Below, piece after piece: positions 51,121 to 62,820 of a DNA stretch of 64,000 nt. The first letter of the stretch is position 1; every line of letters starts with the position of its first letter. Position numbers and translations under genes: made by a program. The stretch spans positions 44,179,931-44,243,930 of the forward strand of contig NC_068994.1 in the NCBI RefSeq assembly GCF_001194135.2, given 5' to 3'. This DNA comes from Octopus bimaculoides. Its lineage: Eukaryota. The notes under the pieces were generated by a model that saw nothing but the letters and a program-made list of their open reading frames with translations, was not told where the DNA came from and searched no databases.

Positions 51121-51737
51121 GTTGTTGTTGGCACTCCGTCGCTTACGACGTTGAGGGTTCCAGTTGATCCGATCAATGGAACAGCCTGTTCGTGAAATTA
51201 ACGTGCAAGTGGCTGAGCACTCCACAGACACGTGTACCCTTAACGTAGTTCTCGGGGATATTCAGCGTGACACAGTGTGACAAGGCTGACCCTTTGAATC
51301 ACAGGCACAACAGAAACAGGAAGTAAGAGTGAGAGAAAGTTGTGGTGAAAGAGTACAGCAGGGTTTGCCACCATCCCCTACTGGAGCCTCGTGGAGCTTT
51401 TAGGTGTTTTCACTCAATAAACACTCACAACGCCCGGTCTGGGAATTGAAACCGCGATCCTATGACCGCGAGTCCAGCAGGGGATGGTGGCGAACCCTGC
51501 TGTACTCTTTCACCACAACTTTCTCTCACTCTTACTTCCTGTTTCTGTTGTGCCTGTAATTCAAAGGGTCAGCCTTGTCACACTGTGTCACGCTGAATAT
51601 CCCCAAGAACTACGTTAAGGGTACACGTGTCTGTGGACTGCTCAGCCATTTGCACGTTAATTTCACGAACAGGCTGTTCTGTTGATCGGATCAACTGGAA
51701 CCCTCGACGTCATAAGCGACGGAGTGCCAACAACAAC
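51121..51737. mobile_element. SINE-C (-) fused to an inverted copy of its own 3' part
   Basis: Arms 51121-51385 and 51473-51737 are reverse complements with roughly 9 mismatches. Confidence 0.95.
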
Positions 51738-52234
51738 ATGTATGTATGTATGTATGTTCTCTTCTGTTTTAAATTAACTTCTTCATCAGAGGAAGGAGTT
51801 GGTATATGACAAAGATATAAAAACTCCATCGTTGCGAATATAGATAACAAAAAAATTCACATTTTAAACTTGAGAAAAGCCTTACATATTTTTACTATTC
51901 TATGTCTATGTATGTATGTATGTAATGTATGTATGTTTGTATGTATGTATGTATGCATGTATTTGCTATGTATGTCTCATTCATACCTTCGATTTTTGGA
52001 ATGTTTGACTTTCTAACAGTTCTCTAAGTCTACTACATTTGAATAATTCTGTAATATTGAACATATTATTGATTATATATAAATAAACAAGATAATAAAT
52101 TTTAAGAGCAGCTATTAAAGATAGATACTGACTGAATAAGAGAACTGTGACATCTTTATATTACTGCAGAACTTAAACAAATGTAAGTAACATTGTGTAT
52201 ATTTGCAGCACAGTAGTAAAGTTGTAAATGCAAA

Positions 52235-52845
52235 ATATTGGTTTCAAATTTCAGCAAAAGACCAGTAGTTCAGAGAGAGGATAAGTCAATGACATGGACC
52301 CCAGTACTCAACTGGTACTTATTTTATTGACCCTGGAAAGATGAACAACGAAGTCAACTTCAGCAGAATTAGAACTCAACAGTAATAACAAACGAAATGT
52401 CACTAAGCATGCATGGCTGTGTGGTAAGAAGCTTGCTTCCCAACCACATGGTTCTGGGTTCAGTCCCACTGCATGGCACCATGGGCAAGTGTCTTCTACT
52501 ATAGCCTCAGGTCAACCAAAGCCTTAGGAATGGATTTGGTAGACAGAAACTGAAAGAAGCCCATCATATTTATATATATATATAAAATAAATAAATGCGC
52601 CCTTTTAAAGCCTAGCCAAGCTCATGGGCCCGGTTTCAATGGCGTCTGTGTTCCCCAGCTGGACGGGATGCCAGTCCATCGCAGCGTTACTCATTTTTGC
52701 CAGCTCAGTGGACTGGAGCAACTTGAAATGAAGTGTTTTGCTCAAGAACACAACGCGTCGCCCAGTCCAGGAATCGAAACCACAATCTTACGATCATGGT
52801 GCTGACACCCTAACCACTAGGCCACGTGCCTCCACACATATATAA
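52235..52845. mobile_element. Cluster: SINE-B (-) 52235-52410, SINE-A head (+) 52412-52565, SINE-C tail 2 (-) 52600-52845
   Basis: Family-diagnostic motifs. Confidence 0.85.
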
Positions 52846-53369
52846 NNNNNNNNNNNNNNNNNNNNNNNNNNNNNNNNNNNNNNNNNNNNNNNNNNNNNNN
52901 NNNNNNNNNNNNNNNNNNNNNNNNNNNNNNNNNNNNNNNNNNNNNNNNNNNNNNCTGTGTTCCCCAGCTGGACGGGATGCCAGTCCATCGCAGCGTTACT
53001 CATTTTTGCCAGCTCAGTGGACTGGAGCAACTTGAAATGAAGTGTTTTGCTCAAGAACACAACGCGTCGCCCAGTCCAGGAATCGAAACCACAATCTTAC
53101 GATCATGGTGCTGACACCCTAACCACTAGGCCACGTGCCTCCACACATATATAAAAATATATATATGCATGTATGTAAATATGTGAAGTATTATTACTGT
53201 TAAAAACAGTAATAATGAGGTGGCTAGCAAGACTTCTACCTAAACAGGTATGATATAAAATATTTGAAGAAAAGAAAGGTAAAGATACCGCTTGCTAAAA
53301 ATCAAAGTGAAAGCTTAAAAAAACCCACCAATTCTATGATAAATACACACACGAGCAATGTAATGAATG

Positions 53370-53845
53370 TATATGTCTGTGTGTCTGTGTTTTATGCCCC
53401 CACTCACCATCGCTTGACAACTGACGTTGGTGTGTTTACATCCCCGTAACTTAGCACTTCAGCAAAAGAAACCAAAAGAATAAGTACTTGGCTTACAAAT
53501 AATAAGTTCTGGGGTTGATTTGTTCGACTAAAGGTGGTGCTGCAGCATGGCCACAGTCAAATGACTGAACTCAATAAAAGAAAAAATAAGAAAAAAAAAG
53601 GGCATTTTGCTTAGCGTGCTAATGGTTCTTTTCAACTCTAGGCACAAAGTGCGAAATTTTTGGAGAGGCGGGGTGCCAGTCGATTAGATCAACTCCAGTA
53701 CACAACTGGTACTTTATATATTGATTCCGAAAAGATGAAAGGCAATGTGGACCTCGGCAGAATTTGAACTCAGAACATAAAGGCGGATGAAATACTGCTA
53801 AGCGTTTCGCCCGGCATGCTAACGTTTCTGCCAGCTCACCACCTT
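53370..53845. mobile_element. SINE-A tail (+) 53370-53585 and SINE-B (-) 53625-53845
   Basis: Family-diagnostic motifs. Confidence 0.85.
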
Positions 53846-54026
53846 AGAATGGTAATAATTCTGCCAAGCTCGCTGCCTTATGTTAAAGTAAAATATTAAA
53901 GTACTTTTTCCTAAAAGATAATCAGTTCTACCTGCTATGTTATGAAGTGTGCACATAAAGGGAGAAAGACACAGAGATAGAAAGAGAGACAGAATGAATG
54001 ACTGTGAGAGAGAGAGAATGAATGAC

Positions 54027-54058
<32 letters not shown>

Positions 54059-54499
54059 TAAGAGGTGCATGATGTAACAAGTGTGTGCACAGAAACAACT
54101 GATAAAGCCACAGCAGGTTATTACAGGTTGCTTATCTCCCTTTCTAGGAAAGTCTCTTGAGATTTTCCTAGTTGAGAAAATTGCTGAACATACAGCTGTC
54201 TTTACACTGATCTCCCATCATCCCATGAGGATAATAATAATAATAATAACAATAATAACAACAACAACAACAAATGAGCTGCATATTTCATTGTGAATAT
54301 ACATGCATGCACATTTCAGCACTTACAGTCACATATAGTCACACAATATGTTACACACACACACACACACACACACAATCACAAGATATGCATGTTCATA
54401 TAGACACACATTTACAGAAACTCATGCCTTAATTAACCCCCACCCACACATAAATGCACATATACACACACAAACACACACACGTATACTACACACATA

Positions 54500-54545
54500 T
54501 GCATACATGTAGATAGACAGACAGACAGACAAATAGAGAGAGAGA

Positions 54546-54604
<59 letters not shown>

Positions 54605-54630
54605 ATGGACAGACAGACAGACAGACAGAT
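54500..54630. repeat. Compound (GACA)n(GA)n(GGCA)n microsatellite
   Basis: Direct reading. Confidence 0.95.
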
Positions 54631-55079
54631 TCAAATACTGTCAGCTAAGCTCACTCTGTAACATTACCAGAAATAATCTACCACATTTGCAGCTTTTGCC
54701 AAGGTTTTCAACCCCACCCCTTTCTCGTATTCACAGTCCTACTGCCAGATGTACACCACACAAAGTGTGGAAACTTCCATGGAGCAACAAGGAGACCTGT
54801 ACATGGTAACTTGCTTCACTAGAAATAACAACCAAATCTTTCTCAATTACACACTAGCATCTTAAATGGGGAAAGAACAAACTGAATAATGTATTCCTAA
54901 GCATATTATGTTTCTTGTCATTAAAGATCTTATAACCTCTAAGACAAATCCTAATTTTGACATTGAAAATTTTGTAAAAATATAAACTTTAAAAGCAAAG
55001 TCTCAATGCTTTCACATACTTCAGCTAAATGTTTTGTTAGAGAATGTATGGTATATAGACCCTGTCGAATCATTTATAG

Positions 55080-55640
55080 GTGCATGTGTAGCTGCCTGGT
55101 AAGAATTTTGCTTCCCAACCACGTGGTTCCAGGTTCAGTCCCACAAAATAGCATCTTGGCAAGTGTCTGACCAAAACCTTGTGAGTGGATCTGGAAGATA
55201 GAAACTGAAAGAAGCTTGTCACGTACACACACACTCACACATATATCATCATCATCATCCTCATCATCATCATCATTTAATGTCTGTCTTCCATGTATAG
55301 GTAGGACAGTTGACAGGAGCCAGTCATGTAAAAATCTACCCTAGGCTACTGTGTCTGTCTTGGCAGGGTTTTCATGGCTAGATGCCCTTCCTAACACCAA
55401 CCACTCTGCAGAGTGTACTCAATGCTTTTTCCAAGTCATATAGACTCATAGGCCATGTTTCTTGGTTTTTGTGGCATATATGGGCACTCCCAGGATGAGA
55501 CACTGTTCCATTGCAGGAACACTTATTTTTGTCAGCTGAGTTTACTAGAGCCACATGAAATGAAGTGTTTTACTCAAGAACACAATGCATTGCCCAGTAC
55601 AGGAATTGAAATCACAACACCCTAACCACTAAACCATGTG
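55080..55640. mobile_element. Cluster: SINE-A head (+), family D (-), SINE-C head+core (-)
   Basis: Family-diagnostic motifs at ~55080, ~55245 and ~55490. Confidence 0.75.
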
Positions 55641-55768
55641 CTATCACTTATGTGTCTGTGTGTGTGTATACTATATACATATAAACGTTCACATATGCAC
55701 ATTAATATATATACATGTGTATATAATATACATGTATACACTATAATATATATACATATGCATGTATA

Positions 55769-55812
<44 letters not shown>

Positions 55813-56341
55813 CGAGCGTCAAACTAATACATCCTTTTGTTGTTTACACCACCTGTCCTCGTCTGTTGTTGTTCTTTTTCGTACATTCTCCCATATATAT
55901 ATATATATATATATATNNNNNNNNNNNNNNNNNNNNNNNNNNNNNNNNNNNNNNNNNNNNNNNNNNNNNNNNNNNNNNNNNNNNNNNNNNNNNNNNNNNN
56001 NNNNNNNNNNNNNNNNNNNNNNNNNNNNNNNNNNNNNNNNNNNNNNNNNNNNNNNNNNNNNNNNNNNNNNNNNNNNNNNNNNNNNNNNNNNNNNNNNNNN
56101 NNNNNNNNNNNNNNNNNNNNNNNNNNNNNNNNNNNNNNNNNNNNNNNNNNNNNNNNNNNNNNNNNNNNNNNNNNNNNNNNNNNNNNNNNNNNNNNNNNNN
56201 NNNNNNNNNNNNNNNNNNNNNNNNNNNNNNNNNNNNNNNNNNNNNNNNNNNNNNNNNNNNNNNNNNNNNNNNNNNNNNNNNNNNNNNNNNNNNNNNNNNN
56301 NNNCTTTGCATAATAGCAACAATATATATATATGTCATATA

Positions 56342-56725
56342 CAGCGCTGGATTAACCAGGGCACCACAGAAATGGTAAATGTTTTACGGTACAAAACTTA
56401 TCACTTCAAACTTGTTAAAGAAGTATTCAAATTGCTTTATGTGATCAGAATTGTAATTCTAAAGTGTTCATGGCGTCATACCAACGATCTGATCAAAGAC
56501 TTTGCAATAAGAAAAGTAGGAGAAAACTTTTCCGATATAAATAAAGTGAAAGTGTACAAAAAAAAATAAACATTTTTCCCCACATTATTGTTGATTTTGT
56601 TTCATTTTGAAAAAAATAAAATGTATTTCATAGTTTATTATTGTTTATAGTTTGAATTACATATATATGGGGACACCAAAATCTTTGAAGTGATTAGGAC
56701 CTCTAGGGGTCTCATTCCTGCCCTG
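56342..56725 (+). mobile_element. hAT-derived non-autonomous element (MITE-like) with 8-bp TSD
   Basis: Imperfect TIRs cagcgctggattaa / ctcattcctgccctg; TSD gtcatata (56334-56341) vs atcatata (56726-56733); retains NDLIKDFAIRK, resembling the hAT transposase C-terminal end. Confidence 0.75.
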
Positions 56726-56756
56726 ATCATATATATATATTTCATACTCTCGCTTT

Positions 56757-56910
56757 CTCTCTTTTACTTGTTTCAGTCATTTGACTACAGCCATGCTGGA
56801 GCACTGCCTTTAGTCGAGCAAATCGATCCCAGGACTTATTCTATCGGTCTCTTTTGCTGAACTGCTAAGTTACGGAGATGTAAACACACCAGCATCGGTT
56901 GTCAAGCACC
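56757..56910 (-). mobile_element. SINE-A tail
   Basis: cttttacttgtttcagtcatttgactacagccatgctggagcac. Confidence 0.9.
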
Positions 56911-57496
56911 CCTAAATTTATTTTCTTTCAGTTTTGTTGTCACTTTTGGTCTATGATTTAGTTTGTAATTTCAGGCAAGTACAGTGAAATGAATGCTTTG
57001 CTAAAGAGACCATGATAAGATTGAAACATGCCTAGACTTGTTTCCTATGTTTGCCAAAATAATTAAACTAATGGTGAATAGCAGCACAAAGCAATAAATT
57101 GAATAAATCAACCATTACTATTTTTTGATACTTTATTTTACTCTACTCTGCTGGAAGGATGAACCTTGCGGGGATTTGAACTCAAAACATAAAGGTTCAC
57201 AGCTAAATACCACAAAATATTCTGTCCAATACTCTAATGATTCTGCTAATTCTGCCTTTAATTAAAATGGTAAAATAGTACGAGTTAATTGCTAATATTT
57301 TCCCTTACCCCATTATTATTTCAATATAGCTTTTTATTTTTCACTGAATGAAACCTATTTAAACTAACTTAACTCATGCTTTTATGCAGGTTTCTTGTTT
57401 ATAAAGATCATAAAGTATTTTCTTTTCAAAGTTCTTTGAAGGTGCTTTGGTTCTTTAGCTCACTAGATGCACTTAGTTCTTCCTAAACTGTACTAC

Positions 57497-57570
<74 letters not shown>

Positions 57571-57639
57571 CACACGCATGTATACATGTTTGTACATTCA
57601 TATCTATATATATTTATGTGTGTGTGTGTGTGTGCATGC

Positions 57640-57684
<45 letters not shown>

Positions 57685-58474
57685 TGCATAAATACATAAA
57701 TACATACATACGTATACATGTTCACACACACACATATATGATATCATGCCCTCAAGAAGATATTGAATGTACATAAATACTGAGAAGAAAATTCACTAAT
57801 ACAAAGCAAAAAAAAAAAAAAATAGAAAATAGTCAATGTAACATGAACTGAAATAAAAAAAGAAAACATTCAAACAACTTGATGGATTTAAATATTTTGG
57901 GTGAACAATAATGGAAGATGTGAATTCTAAGAAAAAGAAGCAAAAATACTGGATTGCAGCAGATACAGGGCCTTTAGCAAAATTTGACCCTGTTTTGAAA
58001 ATAAAAGATTTCAATGACAGCATAATTTGTTTTTTAAGAGCCATAGTAATTTCAGCTGCACTTTATGAACAGAATAATGGACATTAGATGTTGAAAGTGA
58101 AAAAAAAGAAGAAAAAAAAGAAAAGAAAAGGAAAGATCATGGCCTTTGAAATGAAATGCTTCACATTCCACGTACAGAACATTGAATGAATATAAGAGTG
58201 AAGACAGAAATTTGCTAGGAAGGTTGTGAACTGAAACTCTTCTATCAATTGTTAACCCTTTTGTTACTCTATTTATGTTAAAATATACTAACCTTTGTAT
58301 CAATTAATTTTGTAAATAATGAAGAATTTATGAAAAAAAATATTTAATTTTTGTATTTGGTTTTCCAAGATTCTTTATGTGAATTTGTGTGGTGACAGAC
58401 TTGAAGTCTATCAACTCCAAAAGGATGAAAGACGGGAAGTGGAGAGGGTATGTCACAAATGCAGTAATTAATGG

Positions 58475-58845
58475 TTTCAAATTTTGGAATAAGGACAGTA
58501 AGTTCAGGAAAGGGTACTATTTAATTACAGCAACCTCAGTGATCGACTGGTACTTATTTTATCAACCCTAAAAGGATGAAAGGCAAAATCAACCTCAGTA
58601 GAAATTGAATTCAAAATGTAAAGATGGATGAAATGCCACAAACATTTTGCCTGGCATGCTAATGATTCTTTTCTACTCTAGGCACAAGGCCCAACATTTT
58701 TGAGGAGGAGCCAGTTGATTAGATCGACCCCAGTACGCAACTGGTACTTAATTTATTGACCCCCCAAAAGGATGAAAGGTAAAGTCGACCTCAGCAGAAT
58801 TTGAACTCAGAACGTAAAAACAGACAAAATACCACTAAGCATTTG
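58475..58845 (-). mobile_element. Two adjacent SINE-B copies with different 3' ends
   Basis: 58475-58660 and 58665-58845. Confidence 0.85.
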
Positions 58846-58851
58846 GTGTAT

Positions 58852-58970
58852 AAGGAAGTTTGATTCCACTGCCCTCCTCCACACTTCATGTCAGGCTGTT
58901 GGTTCATCTGGTATTGTGGAGAGGAAGATGTCTAGTTCCTTTCTGAAGACGTCTACTTCCACCTTATATA
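58852..58970 (-). mobile_element. CR1-like LINE ORF2 C-terminal fragment
   Basis: Minus translation VDVFRKELDIFLSTIPDEP...AVESN matches the F K..LD.FL..IPDEP end of CR1-type ORF2. Confidence 0.7.
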
Positions 58971-58994
58971 TTATGATATATATATATATATATA

Positions 58995-59110
58995 CAGCCA
59001 CTCCTGTGCCTATATATATATATATCATCATCATCATCGTTTAAAGCGGACGTTAAACGATGATGATGATGATGATGATATATATATATATATAGGCACA
59101 GGAGCGGCTG
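58995..59110. repeat. Palindrome (~50-bp arms, 8-nt spacer) spanning a D-tail / SINE-A-head junction
   Basis: cagccactcctgtgcc(TA)n(CAT)n cgtttaa-agcggacg-ttaaacg(ATG)n(TA)n ggcacaggagcggctg. Confidence 0.9.
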
Positions 59111-59218
59111 TGTGGTAAGATTCTTTATGTGAACTTGTGTGTTGACAGACCTGAAGCAGTTGGAGAGTAGAGTGAGTATGTCACTGATCTAGTAATTAAC
59201 GACACTGAAAGGACTTTA

Positions 59219-59500
59219 TTTAAATTATTTATATTATTTACATTCGACGGATATTTGTCCTCATCTTGTTTGTTGTTAACACAACATTTCAGCTGATACA
59301 CCCTCCAGCCTTCTTCAGGTGTCTTGGGGAAATTTCGAACCTGGGTTCTCATTCCTAAGGTATTTTTCGATATTATTATTATTATTATTATTATTAATGT
59401 TATTGTTCAGGTCACTGCTTGGAATCGAACTCGGAATCTTGGGGTTAGTAGCCCGCGCTCTGAACCACTACACCATATGCCTGTGGGCATAGAACTGTAT
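59219..59500 (-). mobile_element. tRNA-headed SINE-like element with hammerhead-like tail, 13-bp TSD
   Basis: A-box TGGTGTAGTGG (59465-59475), B-box GAGTTCGATTCC (59421-59432), (AAT)n linker, A-rich end; TSD tgaaaggacttta at 59206-59218 and 59501-59513. Confidence 0.8.
59278..59323 (-). ncRNA. Minimal type I hammerhead ribozyme-like motif (Penelope-type), slightly decayed
   Basis: GACAC-CUGAAGA-A-GGCUG-gagggtgtat-CAGCU-GAAA-UGUU-GUGUU gives stem I GACAC/GUGUU, stem II GGCUG/CAGCU, both core boxes and a loop-less stem III. Confidence 0.55.
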
Positions 59501-60199
59501 TGAAAGGACTTTAACAAACCTTGCTGATTGATTGATTGAATGACCAACAGATCAAGTACTACACTTCAAAAATAAATACTGGGAGTGATCTGTTTCACTG
59601 AAATCTTTCAAGGCAGTGCTCCAGCATGGCCATAGATCAACGACTGAAAACATGAAATGGGTAGAAGTTAAAAGATTAAAGGGTAACTATTTGGCAAAAA
59701 ATGAAAAGTGAGCCATTATCTTTTCTAAACTGAGATACCTGCAGAATGCTGGCTTTGTGTCAATTAATTTTGTAAATAATGAATTTATGTAAAAAAAAAA
59801 AATTTAATTTTTGAATTTAGTTTGTAAGATTCTTGATGTGAATTCATGTGTTGACAGATCTGAGGCAGATCTGAAGTCGTAGAGAGGTCATGTCTTTGAA
59901 GAGGTCATGAATGGTGATGAAAGGACTTTGATAAACCTAGTTCATTGAATGATTGACCAAACAATTAACCAAACAATTAATTAGTTAATTAGTTAGATGT
60001 TAACAAATTAACTAATAATAATAATATCAAAAGAAGTAAAATAGAACCAGTGTATCATAATAAAGTTGGTGTTTGGAACATAAATTAAAATGAAATTTTG
60101 ATGGAAGCTTTTGATGGAAGTCAGAGCACTCTTCAACAAAGGAAATTTATATCATCAGACAAGAGGGGGTTTCAGAGGTAGGTTGGTATGAAAAGGGTT

Positions 60200-60350
60200 A
60201 CAAGGTAGAAAATGATGTAATATGATCGTGTAGCTCAAAACTGTGATACCCTGCTTCTTTGAGAGTATAGTCATGCATGAACAAACTTCAAGAAAAGAGG
60301 AATAGGTAGATGACAAAAGTGGTGGTTGAGTAACGTGAAGGAATGGACAT
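60200..60350 (+). mobile_element. Degenerate RTE LINE ORF C-terminus
   Basis: ...QKWWLSNVKEWT preceded by a frameshifted G.R.RG-like segment. Confidence 0.6.
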
Positions 60351-60613
60351 AGAGGAAGAAGGACGAGAGAATTCGGTGCACCTGGTTTGGGCGACGACAA
60401 TTTCACATGGCTGACTGGAGGTCTGACCTGTTTTGGTGACAGTTTGTTTTGGCACTGGAGACAAACACACACACACACACACACATGCGTGCATGTGCAA
60501 AAGTATAAATATATTGATAGAGAGAGTGAGAGAGAGCAGGGAGAGAAAGAGACATTACACATACTTATAAACATAACTAGATGCTCACACACATAAACAG
60601 AGAGGTAGGATTG

Positions 60614-60654
<41 letters not shown>

Positions 60655-60655
<1 letters not shown>

Positions 60656-61380
60656 CTCTTTTGCTTCTTTCAGTCATTTGACTGCAGCCATGCTGGGGCA
60701 CTGCCTTTAGTCGAACAAATCAACCCCAGGATGTGTGTGTGTGCGTGCGTGCGTGCGTGTGTGTGTTCTTGTGTCTATGTTTGTCCCCACGACACTGTTT
60801 GACAACTGATGTTGGTGTGTTTACATCGCCTGTAACTTAGCGGTTCCGCAAAACAGACCGATAGAATAACTACTAGGTTTTAAAAATAGTAATAAAATTT
60901 TTTTTTAAAAAACAAGTACTTGGGTCAATTCATTCGACTGAAAACTCTTGAAGTAGGTGCCCTAGCATGGCCGCAGTTTAATGCCGAAACAAGCAGAAGA
61001 TAAAAGAAAAGAAATATAATAGGTGTAGGCGTGGCTATGTAGTAAAAAGTGCAGTCCCATGACGTGGCACATTGGGCAAGTGTCTTCTACTATAGCCTTG
61101 GGTCGATCAAACTTTGTGAGTAGATTTGGTAGACGGAAACTGAATGAAGTCCGTCGTATATTTATATATATATATATGTATACGTATATATACTTGCGTG
61201 GTTGTGTTTGTCCCCACTCCCATCACCATCATTTGACAACCACTGTTGGTGTGTTTATGTCCCTGTAAACTAGCGGTTCAGCTTAAGAGACCGATAGAAT
61301 AAGAGCTAAGCTTACAAAGAATGTCCTGAGGTAAAAGTCTTCGACTAAGCCCTGTTTAAGGAGGTGCTCCAAATGATTGA
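60655..61380. mobile_element. SINE-A cluster: tail end (-) 60655-60730, tail (+) 60735-61005, full length (+) 61025-61380
   Basis: Family-diagnostic modules. Confidence 0.85.
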
Positions 61381-61628
61381 AGCAAGTAAAAGAATAAAAG
61401 AATTTTAAAAAATACGTGTATAATGCAAAAAACCCTGCAGATGGCAATAGTCTTTGAAATAGAAATAAAATTTATAAATTTAATTTTTCTGTGCGGCCTG
61501 GTATTGGTCTGCGGCCCAGTGGTTGTGTATTCCATTCGCCTTCCTTTCGCTACAACCACCAACATCAAAATATATGTAGACAAATGGTATATTTAGATGA
61601 GCCACAAAGAGGAGTCCTCTTTCCTTAC

Positions 61629-61717
61629 ATGATAAAAAATGGTCCACTTCCGTTATGTCTGTAACTTTGTAACAATGACACTCCAGTGAATATTTTAACT
61701 AACAGACGAGCCTTCAT
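61629..61717 (-). CDS. Candidate exon (MKARLLVKIFTGVSLLQSYRHNGSGPFFI+AT)
   Basis: cgttttag|ATG acceptor, AT|gtaagg donor, only frame 0 open; basic and acid-free N-terminus. Confidence 0.25.
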
Positions 61718-61758
61718 CTAAAACGAATTCTCCATCAAATTATTGTCGCTACACTCAC

Positions 61759-61803
61759 TGGTTTTTCATCAGTTCTCTCCCTTTGACCGTTTACTATTTC
61801 CAT
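61759..61803 (-). CDS. Candidate first coding segment (MEIVNGQRERTDEKP)
   Basis: tcttttcttcag acceptor 8 nt before the ATG, strong CCA|gtgagt donor, phase 0, within a CpG-richer zone. Confidence 0.3.
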
Positions 61804-62533
61804 GTTAAAAACTGAAGAAAAGACACCGAGAAAGACAGGCAGGTAGACAGACAGACAGGCAGGTAGATAGACAGCGATAACACAGTGGGTGGCCGCACCA
61901 TCTGACTACAGTAAGACCGAAACAGTCTCATGGCTGGCCAGTAACGTATTTTTCTGCAATAAATGGATAATTTATCCTGATCACGCTATTTATAGCATTA
62001 TCACGCATTTGAGAAATAAATTTATTTCTGTATCTTAGTAACATTTAAGTTGTGTATGGGACTGGATGAAATGCAGGTGCATCTGCTTGTATGTATACAA
62101 GCTATATAAATCATAAACCCTCCCTTTTTATACCTACCTACGTACATATGTAGGTACCTATGTACATACATACTTACGAACTTACGGCAAAAGAGACCGA
62201 TAGAATAAGTATTAGGCCTACAAAGAATAAGTCCTGGAGTTGATGTGGTTCGACTGAAGGCGATGCTCCAGCATGGCAGCAGTCAAATGATTAAAACAAA
62301 ACAGAGTGAAAGTGTAAAGAGTATTCTATTCCAATGAGCTTTTCTTCTTCTTTTTCATTTGAAAGATGAGATTTAAAACAAGGATGAGATTCTAGAACAG
62401 TGTTTCTTAAATGGTGTGTCACAAGCAGTATGTAGGCATTGCTGCAGACTTTTAAAAATGTAATTCTAGGCTTTAGATACTTCTTATTACTAGTTGAATA
62501 TCTTTAAAAATCATGTTACCCTCTATCTTTTAC

Positions 62534-62581
<48 letters not shown>

Positions 62582-62639
62582 AAAATAGTATAACGAGTTA
62601 TGTCCCTTAACATCAAAAAGGTATCGTAGCAATATTCTT

Positions 62640-62805
62640 TTCCACACTAGACACAAGGCCCGAAATTTTGGGGTAGGGGAGGCAGTCAATTAGATCGACT
62701 TCTGTGCGCAACTGATACCTAATTTATTGACTCCGAAAGGATGAAAGGCAAAGTCGACCTCGGCGGAATTGGAACTCAGGACGTAAAGACAGGCGAAATA
62801 CGTAA
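62640..62805 (-). mobile_element. SINE-B (ggccttgtgtctag-type 3' end), head truncated next to the SINE-C insertion
   Basis: cacaaggcccgaaattttggg...gaaaggcaaagtcgacctcggcggaatt. Confidence 0.9.
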
Positions 62806-62820
62806 CGTAGCAATATTACA

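Larger units (their letters stand above)
61600..62000. promoter_or_regulatory. Possible promoter / 5' region (CpG-retaining, CACTTCCG ETS-type motif at ~61645-61652)
   Basis: Unique sequence here has visibly more CpG than unique sequence upstream (by eye, not computed). Confidence 0.3.

Noticed and set aside
57950-57989. Minus-strand micro-exon candidates (also ~15.2, 25.1, 33.8 and 54.1 kb)
   Set aside because: Short AG..GT-bounded open segments are expected by chance in AT-rich introns and could not be chained into a recognisable protein.
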